A stretch of DNA of 64,000 nt from IMG/VR virus record IMGVR_UViG_3300042923_000569, positions 62,001-126,000 of that record; one strand, 5' to 3'. A program made the position numbers and the translations under genes. The notes under the pieces were generated by a model. It was not told the origin of the DNA. It saw nothing but the letters and a program-made list of their open reading frames with translations, and did not search any database. Below, piece by piece: positions 30,381 to 41,000 of the stretch (the stretch's first letter is position 1; each line of letters starts with the position of its first letter).

Positions 30381-31859
30381 ATGACATATAGAATGTGGAA
30401 AAAAGGTCGTACCAACGATTATAAATTCATTGACAATGCTATTGGTGAACAATACAACATTGGTGGAGTTGATATGTGGTTATATACATATCAAGGACCA
30501 AAAGGCAATGAAGGAAGTACTGATGCTACATTACCAGACTTTAGTAAAGGTAACGGAACATCATCTAGTATTGGTGATCTTGTGTTTGGGGAAACTACCC
30601 AACGTTCCTACAATATTCAGGCAATAACATTACCTGTAGTTTATCAAGTGCAAGAAGCAACACCAGATTTAAAAATACCGGGTTTATTCTTTAACTTCGA
30701 CACTATGGACATTACTGTGCATTATAACACAATGATGCAGCGTGTTGGAAGGAAGATTATGCCAGGTGATGTATTAGAATTACCAAACTTACGCGACTTT
30801 GATGTTATTGGTCGTGATGTAGGTTTGAATCGTTTTTATGTAGTACAAGATGCATTCAGAACTTCTGAAGGTTACTCTGCTACGTGGCAACATCATATAT
30901 TTAAACTTAGAGTAAAACCTTTAACTGATTCTCCTGAGTTCGCAGAAATCACTGATCCAGATAACAATGCATTCCCTGATAATCCTAATGATCCAAACAA
31001 TGGAAATGGAAACTCACCGGGTAACAGTACTGGAAGTGCAGAACTTGATATCATGAATCAAATCATTCAGCAAGCAGATTCTGAAGTTCCATACATTCAC
31101 TGGACTAATGAACATATCTACAACGATATTTCTGACATTAGTGAGTTATCAAGATACATCATCAGTGGATACGAGTTTCCAGTTAATCCATCTAAGAACA
31201 TGTTTTTCATAAAAAACACTTTACCAGTACTTTATGAGAAAGATGCTGATTCTAACTGGATACTTGTTGATACTGCATATGGTTCTAAGTTGCCACGCAA
31301 AGCTGCTGATTTTTCATTCTTCTTTTTAGAAGATGCTGCTAGCGTTTCAGGATATTCACTTTACCAGTACTACTTAACTGATAAAAAGTGGTTAAGCTGT
31401 ATTCTTCCGTTCACCGATGAAAACATTGTACCAGAAGATGCTGAAGACTTCTACTGTTATTATCATAAACCTCAACTTTATCAGGTAGAAGATGATGGTG
31501 TAACATGGGTAATCCCACCAGATTCACATAGTAACGTTCCGTTCACAACTAAAGATATTGCTGCGAACCGTACTAACCATGATGACATTCGTTCAGCAAT
31601 ACCACCAACACAGACTAAAGATAACTCAGGTGACCAGTTTCCAAGTGATCCGGTTGATGGAGAATATTTCTATCGTACTGATTATGTTCCGCAGACACTA
31701 TGGCAATTCAGCTCAGAAAACTCTGCTTGGACACAATTCAACTATGGTGGTCGTTTACCTTGGACTGGACCTAATCAGGAACAATCTTCCTTCATTAATA
31801 GTCCTGACCGTGTATCGATTCAGGATGTGGTCAAGCCTAACATTGTGTACAGAAAATAA
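30381..31859 (+). CDS. Neck / head-completion protein (T4 gp14-like)
   Basis: NDYKFID, IGDLVFGE...R.Y, GRKIMPGDVLELP, FYVVQD...EGYS..W..H; precedes the gp15-like gene. Confidence 0.65.
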   Translation: MTYRMWKKGRTNDYKFIDNAIGEQYNIGGVDMWLYTYQGPKGNEGSTDATLPDFSKGNGTSSSIGDLVFGETTQRSYNIQAITLPVVYQVQEATPDLKIPGLFFNFDTMDITVHYNTMMQRVGRKIMPGDVLELPNLRDFDVIGRDVGLNRFYVVQDAFRTSEGYSATWQHHIFKLRVKPLTDSPEFAEITDPDNNAFPDNPNDPNNGNGNSPGNSTGSAELDIMNQIIQQADSEVPYIHWTNEHIYNDISDISELSRYIISGYEFPVNPSKNMFFIKNTLPVLYEKDADSNWILVDTAYGSKLPRKAADFSFFFLEDAASVSGYSLYQYYLTDKKWLSCILPFTDENIVPEDAEDFYCYYHKPQLYQVEDDGVTWVIPPDSHSNVPFTTKDIAANRTNHDDIRSAIPPTQTKDNSGDQFPSDPVDGEYFYRTDYVPQTLWQFSSENSAWTQFNYGGRLPWTGPNQEQSSFINSPDRVSIQDVVKPNIVYRK

Positions 31860-31868
31860 GGAACACAA

Positions 31869-33206
31869 ATGAAATTAAATTATTACTACGACGGACAGTT
31901 CCGTCGGTTATTAAAACATCTTATCAGAGTTTTTGGGGAATTTCAAGTAAAAAATGGTGTTGACGACACAGGAAACCAGAAATATAAAGTTGTTCCTGCT
32001 CGGTACGCTGATATATCAAGAATGGCAGCATATATCATTTCGGGTGGTTCCGAAAACGTTCTACCGTCAACACCACTTATAACTATCAATGTACAGTCTT
32101 TGAAAATGGACCGTCAGGGCATTCGTTCACCAGCTTCACATACGATGGTTATGGGTACTAACAAGTCTCCAGCACCAAACGAATATACTAAAGAGTTAGA
32201 TAAACAATATCAAGTTACAAGATACAATCCGACACCTTGGATTCTAACATTTAATGTCAATATATGGGCTACGAATTTAACGAACAAGATGGAACTTTTT
32301 GAACAAATTGCAACATTATTCAATCCATCAATTCAGCTACAACTAACAGAAAATCCTATGGATTGGACAGGAGTTGTTGATATCGAGTTGAAAGACTGCC
32401 AGTTCAGTACTCGTGGATTCCCACAAGGTACTGATACAGATTTAGACATCATGGTACTAACTTTTGAGTGTCCAATTTGGCTAAGCTTACCAGCTAATGT
32501 TAAACAAGCAAAACTAATACAACAGATTGTAACAAATATCAATACTGCAAAGGATGAATTAGAAATAGACTTACAGAATTACACTGATAATATTACTGAT
32601 GTTTACACACCAAAAAATATGTGCATCATGGTTAATAGAGTTGATGCTGAAAATTCTATAGAGACTTATGATGTTACTTTAGTAAGTTCAAGTTTAAATA
32701 CGTTATCGACAAATGGTAAAATATATTCATGGAACCGCTATCTAGATTATCTAGATCCTGGATTTGAAGATAAGGAATTATATCTTAAGTTTCAGCAGGG
32801 GATTGAAGAAGTAAATCCGATAAGAGGTGATGTTATAGTAAGACCAACTGATGAACATCCTAATAAGATGACAGTTCAGGTTGATACTTCACTATACAAT
32901 GTATCGCATACTATCAAGGGATTTGTTTATGAAATAAATCAACTAAGTACTGCACTCCCAGAAGACCAGTTTGTTAACATTGCGGAACATAACATAATCT
33001 ACAAGGATACAGTTATTAAGCCAAATGATTTATTCAAGATAACTAATAATGGTGCAGATATCATCAATCCAAGTACTATTGATGGATATGTTTATAATGG
33101 TGATGATACACATTTCTATAGATATAATGATGTGTTTGGTTGGCACCAATCAGTACAGAATAAGTATCGACAAGGATACTGGAGAATTGCATTTAAGAAT
33201 GCATAA
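31869..33206 (+). CDS. Tail terminator / sheath stabilizer (T4 gp15-like)
   Basis: YYYDGQFRR...F..F, VPARY, PTPWILTFNVNIW...K.ELFEQI..LFNP. Confidence 0.75.
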   Translation: MKLNYYYDGQFRRLLKHLIRVFGEFQVKNGVDDTGNQKYKVVPARYADISRMAAYIISGGSENVLPSTPLITINVQSLKMDRQGIRSPASHTMVMGTNKSPAPNEYTKELDKQYQVTRYNPTPWILTFNVNIWATNLTNKMELFEQIATLFNPSIQLQLTENPMDWTGVVDIELKDCQFSTRGFPQGTDTDLDIMVLTFECPIWLSLPANVKQAKLIQQIVTNINTAKDELEIDLQNYTDNITDVYTPKNMCIMVNRVDAENSIETYDVTLVSSSLNTLSTNGKIYSWNRYLDYLDPGFEDKELYLKFQQGIEEVNPIRGDVIVRPTDEHPNKMTVQVDTSLYNVSHTIKGFVYEINQLSTALPEDQFVNIAEHNIIYKDTVIKPNDLFKITNNGADIINPSTIDGYVYNGDDTHFYRYNDVFGWHQSVQNKYRQGYWRIAFKNA

Positions 33207-33215
33207 GGAATAACT

Positions 33216-33686
33216 ATGACTAACGAAGCAGTGGGAGCTATTTTTCTATCAGAGCGTACTGGACGTATGATGTTGAACTTACGTTCTGACACAGTGACGT
33301 ACCCTAATAATTGGGGCTTCGTTGGTGGTAAGATTGAAAATAGTGAATCCCCAATAGAAGCATTATATCGGGAAATATCAGAAGAATTGGGGGAGTCAAT
33401 ACCTCCAATTCAGGATATTATACCATTTGATGTTTTCTGTACTAAGAACGAAAAGTTCAGATATTACTCTTTTATTGTTGTAGTTCAGGATGAATTTATT
33501 CCTGATCTTAATGATGAAAGTGCAGGCTATTCCTGGGTTAAAATTGGAAATTGGCCTAAACCTCTCCATCCCGGAGCTAAAAGTACTTTATATAATAGTT
33601 CTATTGTAAATGACTTCAACTCACTTTGGGATTCAATAAAAAATGGCAGACCATTTAAAAACAGTCTGCCATTCAATATCTATTAA
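33216..33686 (+). CDS. NUDIX hydrolase
   Basis: Nudix box GGKIENSESPIEALYREISEELG; LNDESAGYSW, PLHPG. Confidence 0.9.
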   Translation: MTNEAVGAIFLSERTGRMMLNLRSDTVTYPNNWGFVGGKIENSESPIEALYREISEELGESIPPIQDIIPFDVFCTKNEKFRYYSFIVVVQDEFIPDLNDESAGYSWVKIGNWPKPLHPGAKSTLYNSSIVNDFNSLWDSIKNGRPFKNSLPFNIY

Positions 33687-34796
33687 TTATACCCCTACTG
33701 GCGGTATACCTGTCAATGTAAGCAACGCTGACCATTGTGTTAGCGTTGTTTGTCCTGCATTCAAATCTGAAATAGAAGCATCAATTCTGAAACCTAAATG
33801 TTTAGAACTATTCAGTGCTGCTGTTACATATGTATTGTAATCAGCTTGAGTTGTTCCATTAGCACCGGGTAGAGTAATATCTGCACCATTAATAACAACT
33901 GAAACTGACCATGTTTGATCAATGCTATCAATCGTATCAACAATCTGTGTTAAAGAAGCTATTTTACGTGGGTCAGGAATCTGACTAGCAGTAGCTACAC
34001 CATTAGTAATAGTACCTGCATTATCAACATAAAACGAACCTTTAATAATCCAATCACTATAAACACTAGGGAACGGAATAATTTCACCTGACGTTGGATC
34101 TGTTGTTACAACACGCCCCATAATCTTTAATTCATAAAAATAGTTAGAACCAAATTGAAGAACACTCTCACCATTCTGGAAAGTAACCCAACCATCTGAG
34201 CTAGTAGTACTAGCACCACCTAAATTAAAGTAGGCAATTGTTTTAGTCGAAGTACTTTGACTGAAAGCAATATATTTCCTGCCAGTATCATAATTAATAT
34301 CTAATAGTGATTCATACTGTTTATTAACAGGGCGAGTGGTTTGAATTTCACGCCATTCTTTATTCTTCATCAGTACTTTCAATGAATCGCCATTGTTGGT
34401 TAATACCATACGACCCATGATAGATGTATCACCATCTGGTACAGTATTGAACAATGTTATCATTGGTACGCTAGCCCAATCTAATTCAGTAGCTGGATTA
34501 GTATTGTCTGGTTGACGTGCAGAATCAACTAATGATATTAGTAATTCACCAGTACCTGTAGTGTTCCTGTACCACAACTGACCCGGTACTGAACCATTTG
34601 GTTTAGTTTGACCAGCAAAGTTTTCAGCTAGCCATAATGCGTTTTCATTCCATGCCTGACCGTAACTTACTTTATCCCTACCGACTAAGTTAATCGGTAC
34701 TGGATTCGCTGCTGGCTGATTAGGGCCAAGAATTACGTTGTTTGGAATAGTAGCGTAGACTTTTCCGTTACTACGCTTGATTGTATATTGGATCAT
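33687..34796 (-). CDS. Virion structural protein (baseplate or fibre-associated)
   Basis: LVG...YG...NEN.LWLAENFA...P...GQLWY N-terminal motif; in an operon behind a late promoter. Confidence 0.55.
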   Translation of the reverse strand: MIQYTIKRSNGKVYATIPNNVILGPNQPAANPVPINLVGRDKVSYGQAWNENALWLAENFAGQTKPNGSVPGQLWYRNTTGTGELLISLVDSARQPDNTNPATELDWASVPMITLFNTVPDGDTSIMGRMVLTNNGDSLKVLMKNKEWREIQTTRPVNKQYESLLDINYDTGRKYIAFSQSTSTKTIAYFNLGGASTTSSDGWVTFQNGESVLQFGSNYFYELKIMGRVVTTDPTSGEIIPFPSVYSDWIIKGSFYVDNAGTITNGVATASQIPDPRKIASLTQIVDTIDSIDQTWSVSVVINGADITLPGANGTTQADYNTYVTAALNSSKHLGFRIDASISDLNAGQTTLTQWSALLTLTGIPPVGV

Positions 34797-34806
34797 TTAG
34801 TTCCCC

Positions 34807-35415
34807 TTATTGTAGTTGAACGCGAACGGTGTATTTAATTTGAAGTACACGGTTTGCACTCTTTTCAACAGGGTGGAAAATGATATGTGACAACGGTAGA
34901 CCCGAATCACCATCTGTGTATAGACCTAATTCGTCAAATACATAGTTTCCTTCCATATCGGTAGTTGAACTTACGTTCTGGTCAGATGGTTCACCCAAAC
35001 TTAGGGTACATAAACAAACAATATCGGTATAAACCTGTCCTGGAATATGAACAGTACTGATGTTGTTGTATGCAGAATCTACACTAGCATTTACATTTGC
35101 ATTAATCTTTTTTGCATATGTTTCTGAGTATAGTCCACCAAATGAGCTAATTCGTGGTGATTTATAAGTTACACGACCAGTACTAAGCACAACAGTACCG
35201 CCATTACCAAAACGCATTTCCGAGATAGCACCTAAGCTAATACCTGAAGAGTTTTCAGATCCAGCTAATGCATAAGCAATTGCTTGACTCATATTTTCAG
35301 GATGGATTGCGTTAGACTTATCTACCACTACCGATACGTTTTCAGGATCAGTAATATCAGTGATTAGCACATGTCCTTTAACAAATAATCTAGGTAGTTC
35401 TATTTTGTTATTCAT
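34807..35415 (-). CDS. Virion structural protein
   Basis: GHVLITD...NAIH, FGNGG, FDELGL, FHPVEKSANR..I.YT; late operon. Confidence 0.55.
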   Translation of the reverse strand: MNNKIELPRLFVKGHVLITDITDPENVSVVVDKSNAIHPENMSQAIAYALAGSENSSGISLGAISEMRFGNGGTVVLSTGRVTYKSPRISSFGGLYSETYAKKINANVNASVDSAYNNISTVHIPGQVYTDIVCLCTLSLGEPSDQNVSSTTDMEGNYVFDELGLYTDGDSGLPLSHIIFHPVEKSANRVLQIKYTVRVQLQ

Positions 35416-35425
35416 TTCTAATCCC

Positions 35426-35923
35426 TTAGTAGTTAATCTGGATTTCTTCTAACTTACCAGCAAGTGTTTTTTGAAGTTCGGTAGGCTGAACACTAATGTA
35501 ATCCCTTTGAACACCAACACGCAAATAAGTAAAGTTACCGACTACATTCTCTGCAAACGTTCCAGTGACACCATGTAAGTAAATGGTCTTTTCGGAGTTT
35601 GGATTGAAAATAACTGTGTCAGTAAATTCCATGTAATATTTACAACTTTCTTGGAATTTGATTGGGAACCAATCTGCTTCCGTTGGATCGCTTGCTAATG
35701 TTGCTTGAACGTAAATTCGTCCAATAAAGTTGCGTAGTGTAAAAGCAAGGGTGTGTAATCCGGTAGTACTGCCATAATACCCGCCAGCAGCAAGCGGTAG
35801 TGAAACTTCATTCCAGTGATAATCATTGTTAGTAGTATACCACGAATCAGTATCTTGATAATCAAGGATTTCACCATCTTTACTTTTTCTTCTAAAAAGA
35901 AAATTTTTCGATCTCAAAGCCAT
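35426..35923 (-). CDS. Hypothetical, probably structural, protein
   Basis: 165-aa ORF, GAGGA RBS, TATAAATA on the minus strand at ~35956-35963. Confidence 0.6.
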   Translation of the reverse strand: MALRSKNFLFRRKSKDGEILDYQDTDSWYTTNNDYHWNEVSLPLAAGGYYGSTTGLHTLAFTLRNFIGRIYVQATLASDPTEADWFPIKFQESCKYYMEFTDTVIFNPNSEKTIYLHGVTGTFAENVVGNFTYLRVGVQRDYISVQPTELQKTLAGKLEEIQINY

Positions 35924-36028
35924 TTCTTTCAGTCCTCAGTATTTGAACTTTTACTTATTTATAGTACAGCGATTGTAAAAATACTGGATAAATATTGATA
36001 ATATGACATAACATAAAAGGAATGAACT

Positions 36029-37135
36029 ATGACAATTTCATTTAATAATGGGTCTTCATCTTCATGCAATTCTTGTAGTGGTATCCAGAGTCTAGTGATT
36101 AATAATGCAGGACACCTTATTGTAACGTATGATGATGGATTAATCCAAGATTTGGGATTGGTAGTTGGTGCTGATGGTACTAACTTTTATCCTAATGAAA
36201 TGGGTTTTGTTGTTCCAGACTCTACATTCGATTTGGATAAACCGTTGGGTTGGACTTATCTAAGTTTAGTACAACCAGTTTCTTTGTACTTTAAAACTAA
36301 TGCAGCAAATGAATCAACTGCAACCTGGGTAAGTGCACCATTCGGTCAAGGTCCAAAAGGTGATACAGGTGAACCATTTGAAATTGATTCACAGGGAACA
36401 ACCCTGCCTACAACCAATTTAACTGATAATTATACTTTCTATAATACCACTGACGGTAAGATTTACATTTATGACTTAGCAACTACAAGTTGGTCAAATT
36501 ACCAATTCAGAGGTGCTCAAGGTATTCAAGGTAAATTTATCATTGATTTCCAAGGTGAAGAATTCCCTGATATTACTAATTTAGATTCAGGTTATACATT
36601 TTATGAAACCGACACTGGTTATTTGTATTATGTAAAAGTAGATGCCAATGGTCAAAAATCATGGAGTCAGGGAATTTTATTCCGTGGTCCTAAAGGTGAA
36701 GAGGGTGAACCTGGTCTTAAAGGTGATCCGGGTAGAGACGCTAACAACATTTATGCAATCAAGAATGTAATTGATACATCTTATGAAAACGCATTACTTG
36801 TTATTGGAAAAGTACCAGCAGGTTATTTGGTAACGAGAATTGAAGTGACTATTCAGAATGCTTATTCGGCACCTGTAACTGATCTCGAAGTACGGTTTGG
36901 TGGAACTGCACAGTCCGAAATTGACGGTACTGTAATTGCACCATTTGATTACTTTGATATTAATACTCCACAAAAATACATTGTTGATGAAGTTAATCAT
37001 GAAATAAGTGATAAAGAAGAGATTCTTTCATGTATTTTCAACGAATCTGTTAACAATAGTCCAGTAGGTTTAATGACAATAATTTGCACCATTGCAAAAC
37101 AACTTGAAATAACACCAATATCAGATAATATTTAA
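36029..37135 (+). CDS. Fibre-associated protein with short collagen-like GXY segments
   Basis: GPKGDTG, GAQGIQG, GPKGEEGEPGLKGDPGRD; TAAATA at ~35989. Confidence 0.6.
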   Translation: MTISFNNGSSSSCNSCSGIQSLVINNAGHLIVTYDDGLIQDLGLVVGADGTNFYPNEMGFVVPDSTFDLDKPLGWTYLSLVQPVSLYFKTNAANESTATWVSAPFGQGPKGDTGEPFEIDSQGTTLPTTNLTDNYTFYNTTDGKIYIYDLATTSWSNYQFRGAQGIQGKFIIDFQGEEFPDITNLDSGYTFYETDTGYLYYVKVDANGQKSWSQGILFRGPKGEEGEPGLKGDPGRDANNIYAIKNVIDTSYENALLVIGKVPAGYLVTRIEVTIQNAYSAPVTDLEVRFGGTAQSEIDGTVIAPFDYFDINTPQKYIVDEVNHEISDKEEILSCIFNESVNNSPVGLMTIICTIAKQLEITPISDNI

Positions 37136-37138
37136 CTT

Positions 37139-37180
37139 AAGGGAAGCTTATGCTTCCCTTTTTTATTACCTCAATAAATA
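37139..37180 (+). terminator. Terminator followed by late promoter TAAATA (37175-37180)
   Basis: AAGGGAAGC-ttat-GCTTCCCTT-T4. Confidence 0.85.
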
Positions 37181-37211
37181 TATTAAACAAACATTCTAGG
37201 AGAACGTATCG

Positions 37212-38069
37212 ATGGCAGTTTTTTCTAATTTAGAAGGGACCATGAAAAAGGCTTTCATCCTTGGTAAGAACGGAGCAAAGCTATCTTATGATAACAATGC
37301 ACTATCTGTTCATAATTATCGAGGTACTAGCCTTATACCTATCAGTGCTGGCGAACCAGTTGACGGTACTCACCTTATAACTTTATCTTACTTTAACTCT
37401 CACTCAGGTGGTGGTTCAAGTAGTGCTTTGCGTGGAACAACAGATCCTGCACAAAGTCTAGGTTCAGATGGTGATACATACTACAAAGTGGATTCGGTCA
37501 GTATTTTACAAATTTATGTAAAAGATGAAGGAATTTGGAAACCTTATGCAACACCAACTGATTCTCAATATGTAACTACAACCGTAGCTACTGTATCAGA
37601 CTTTCAACAAATAGGTACTGATTATGTTTATACCTTACCTGCAACAACACATATGCGTGGTTCTGACATTATTGTTCAGCTTCAGGCTGCTGGTGGAGCA
37701 GTGACCGGTAGTGATGTTCAAATTGATGCATCTGGAAATATAACAGTTACTCTTGATTCACAACCAACATCTGACATTAACCTTGTCATTATAGGGAGCA
37801 CTACATTGTCAACACCATATAGTAAATTAATTAATAAATCCGATTGGATTGCTTCAGGAAGTGATTTTGAATTATCAATTCCTCAATCTGTTCATGGTCA
37901 AGAAGCAGGGTCAATCTTCTTAGCGGTTTATCAAAATACTATTGACTCAGCAACAAGTGTCTCACCATATTCTATCGTAGCAGTTCAAACTTCAATTGAT
38001 AGTACTGGTAATGTGATTTTAACCGCCTCAGTCGCATTCAGTGGGAAGATTGTAATCAGCGGAAAATAA
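37212..38069 (+). CDS. Virion structural / fibre-associated protein
   Basis: GTTDP...GSDGDTYY fibre-type motif; two C-terminal beta-rich repeats. Confidence 0.55.
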   Translation: MAVFSNLEGTMKKAFILGKNGAKLSYDNNALSVHNYRGTSLIPISAGEPVDGTHLITLSYFNSHSGGGSSSALRGTTDPAQSLGSDGDTYYKVDSVSILQIYVKDEGIWKPYATPTDSQYVTTTVATVSDFQQIGTDYVYTLPATTHMRGSDIIVQLQAAGGAVTGSDVQIDASGNITVTLDSQPTSDINLVIIGSTTLSTPYSKLINKSDWIASGSDFELSIPQSVHGQEAGSIFLAVYQNTIDSATSVSPYSIVAVQTSIDSTGNVILTASVAFSGKIVISGK

Positions 38070-38087
38070 TATAATTGGAGAATTAAT

Positions 38088-41000
38088 ATGCATTCTATAA
38101 AAACTGATTTATCAGTTACAGGAAGCTCCAACTTTCTGAAAGCAGTAAATGTACAAGGTTCAGCAGTGTTCGCAAGTACAATTACTGGTGGGAACGTAAC
38201 TTTCCACAATGCAACATTTAATGCCATTGACGCAGCAGGAGAAATTACCTCTCCTGCTATTTCAATTTCAGGTAATATAAATGTTGATGGTAACATAATC
38301 GGCTCAGAAACAACTACAGCCACTTTCAATACTTTAAACTCAACCGATGTTAATACTAACGTCCTCAGTACTACTGATGTAATCAGTACGGGTACAATAT
38401 CTTCTACTAATATAATTAATTCAGGAAGTATTAACTCCCAATCCTTAACAAATACAAATACTATAACCACCAACGCTATTGAAAGTGTTAACTCAAGTGT
38501 TTCTGGTATTCTGTCAAGTAATACAATAAACAATGTAAATTCAATCAATACTAAAGATTTATCTAGTACTGGTATAGTTACAACTGAAATTCTAAATGCA
38601 TCTGAAATATCAAGTTCAGGTGAAATTTCTGCTTCTCTATTCACTGCCGAAACAGAACTCGTTTCTCCATTAATTACGGCTTTATCATTAAAAGCAACCA
38701 CCATTGATACAATTGAAAAGATTAATACAAAAGATATTTCAAGTACTGGAATGTTTGAAAGTACTAATATATCAAACACCGGAACTATTAATACCGGAAA
38801 CATTGTAAGTACTGGTACAACAACAGTTAATCATCTTATCAGCACAGATCAGATTAATTCTGAAAATTTAGTAACCAAAAACATTTCAAGTACTGGTATA
38901 GCAAACACTACTGATATTGTTAACACCGGAAATATTGGAACTGTAAATTTATCAAGTACTGGTACTCTTTCAAGTCGTGATATTGTTAATACCAATAGTA
39001 TTAATACAGTCGATTTTGTTAGTACCGGATCAGCAAATATCACTGATTTAACTGCATCAACAATTCACAGCGTAGATTTAATTATTTCTCGTGATATATC
39101 ATCAGATACAATTCACACAGGTGATGTTATTAGTACGGGCACAATTACCAGTGCCGATTTTATTAATAGTGGTATATTAACTACTAATACTGCATCTGTA
39201 CAACGGTTGGCAGCTAATACTATAGATGTTGATGGTGATTTAAACACATTCGGTAGCGTTAATACTGATATGGTGAATGCAAACTTCCTGACATTAGGTA
39301 AAACTATGAACTCAGCTTATAGTAACAACGTTACTTGGGTTCTTGAAGATACTGCGGTATCTCCATCATGGGAAGGTGTTTCATTAGATGGTACTCAGGT
39401 TATGCCTTTAAGTACTAAAATATTTGATGATTTAAACAATGTAGAAACTCTTGGTCCAATAGGAACTGACACTATTCCATTAGATTCATCATTAACCAGC
39501 ACCAATAATCGTGCAATTTTCAGTACTGAATTTATAAGTGCTGAACCATATGACGGTCCATTATCAATTGTTATATCAAATGAAGCTAAAGGTGTAATAT
39601 TAACCAAATATGATACAATGGTTGATTTGAATGTTGGTGATTCATACGTATTAGAATATAACACACCTTTGTGGGTTTCTAATGCAGAAACTGTATTGTT
39701 CAAAGCTATTAAAGAAGATGATTCTGTATTGCAAGTCAAATCAACAGAAGATGGGACTAAACCGTATATAAAAAGTAAAATTCGTACATTTGATAATTCA
39801 ATGGTATTCAATCAATCTAATATGGATATGATTGTGAATGAACTTGAAAGTATGACGGGTGATGATAGACTAGATGTTACACTACTTAAAAATATAGAAA
39901 ATTACCAAACTGGTACATATATGGGACCGATTAATTTCAGTGCTCCAGTATCACAGTTTAATGGTGCAGTAATTGGTTCTAACTGGATAGCTATCACTGC
40001 TGGTACAATTGATGGAATTAACTTCAAAGTAGGTGATTCTTTAGTTAGTAAAGCATTAAATCCAACAGTTACTACAATAGCTGACAGCAATAAGTTTATC
40101 GTTAAAGATAATCCAAATCCATTTGCAACATCAACAACTCCGGGTATTGTACTCTCAGGACATGGTTTAGAAGTTGATGGTTCTGGACATTTAAGTACTA
40201 AATTAGGTTCTGGTTTAACGTTTGATAATACGTTTAGAGTCATTGCTGACGTTGCAAATATTGATGTTACGCAATTAAAGAATTTCAACACACTACAAAA
40301 AGGTACGTTCAGAGGTTTAATTCCTGCTACATTAGCTGGATTAGCTGGGGCTGTTCGTGGAGATTTCTGGAAAGCCAGTACATCAGGTACAATTGGAACA
40401 CAATCTTATATTCCTGGTGATGAATTGTATTGTAATACAGATACACCAACTACTCCAAGCAATTTAACGAACTTCACTTATGTTCCACAAACTACATCAG
40501 CCATGATTGGTGCAACAAATTCGGTTGCAGGTGTAGCTGGTGTTGTTCCATCACCAGCAGCCGGTGATAATTTAAAGGCACTATTCGGTGACGCAACATA
40601 TAGACCAGTATTACAACCGACTGATGTGGTAGACACGCTATTAAGTACAAGTCAAATAGTTCCATTAAGTGCGAATCAGGGTAACGTATTAAATGCATTA
40701 ATTAATACCAAGTCAAGTATTACTGATATTGTTGATAATCTTAATAGTAATTCACCAATTCTACCACTTAGTGCAAACCAAGGTAGTATTATAGCCGGTT
40801 TACTTGATACAAAAATTAATATTTCAAGTATCAATGATACATTAACCAGTACCAGTACTGTTGTTCCATTAAGTGCAAATCAAGGTAATATCTTGAATAC
40901 ATTGATTGGAACTAAAGTAGATAAAGCTGATATATTTGATACTCTACAAAGTACACAAGCAGTTAAGGCACTTAGTGCAAATCAGGGTAATGTTTTATAC

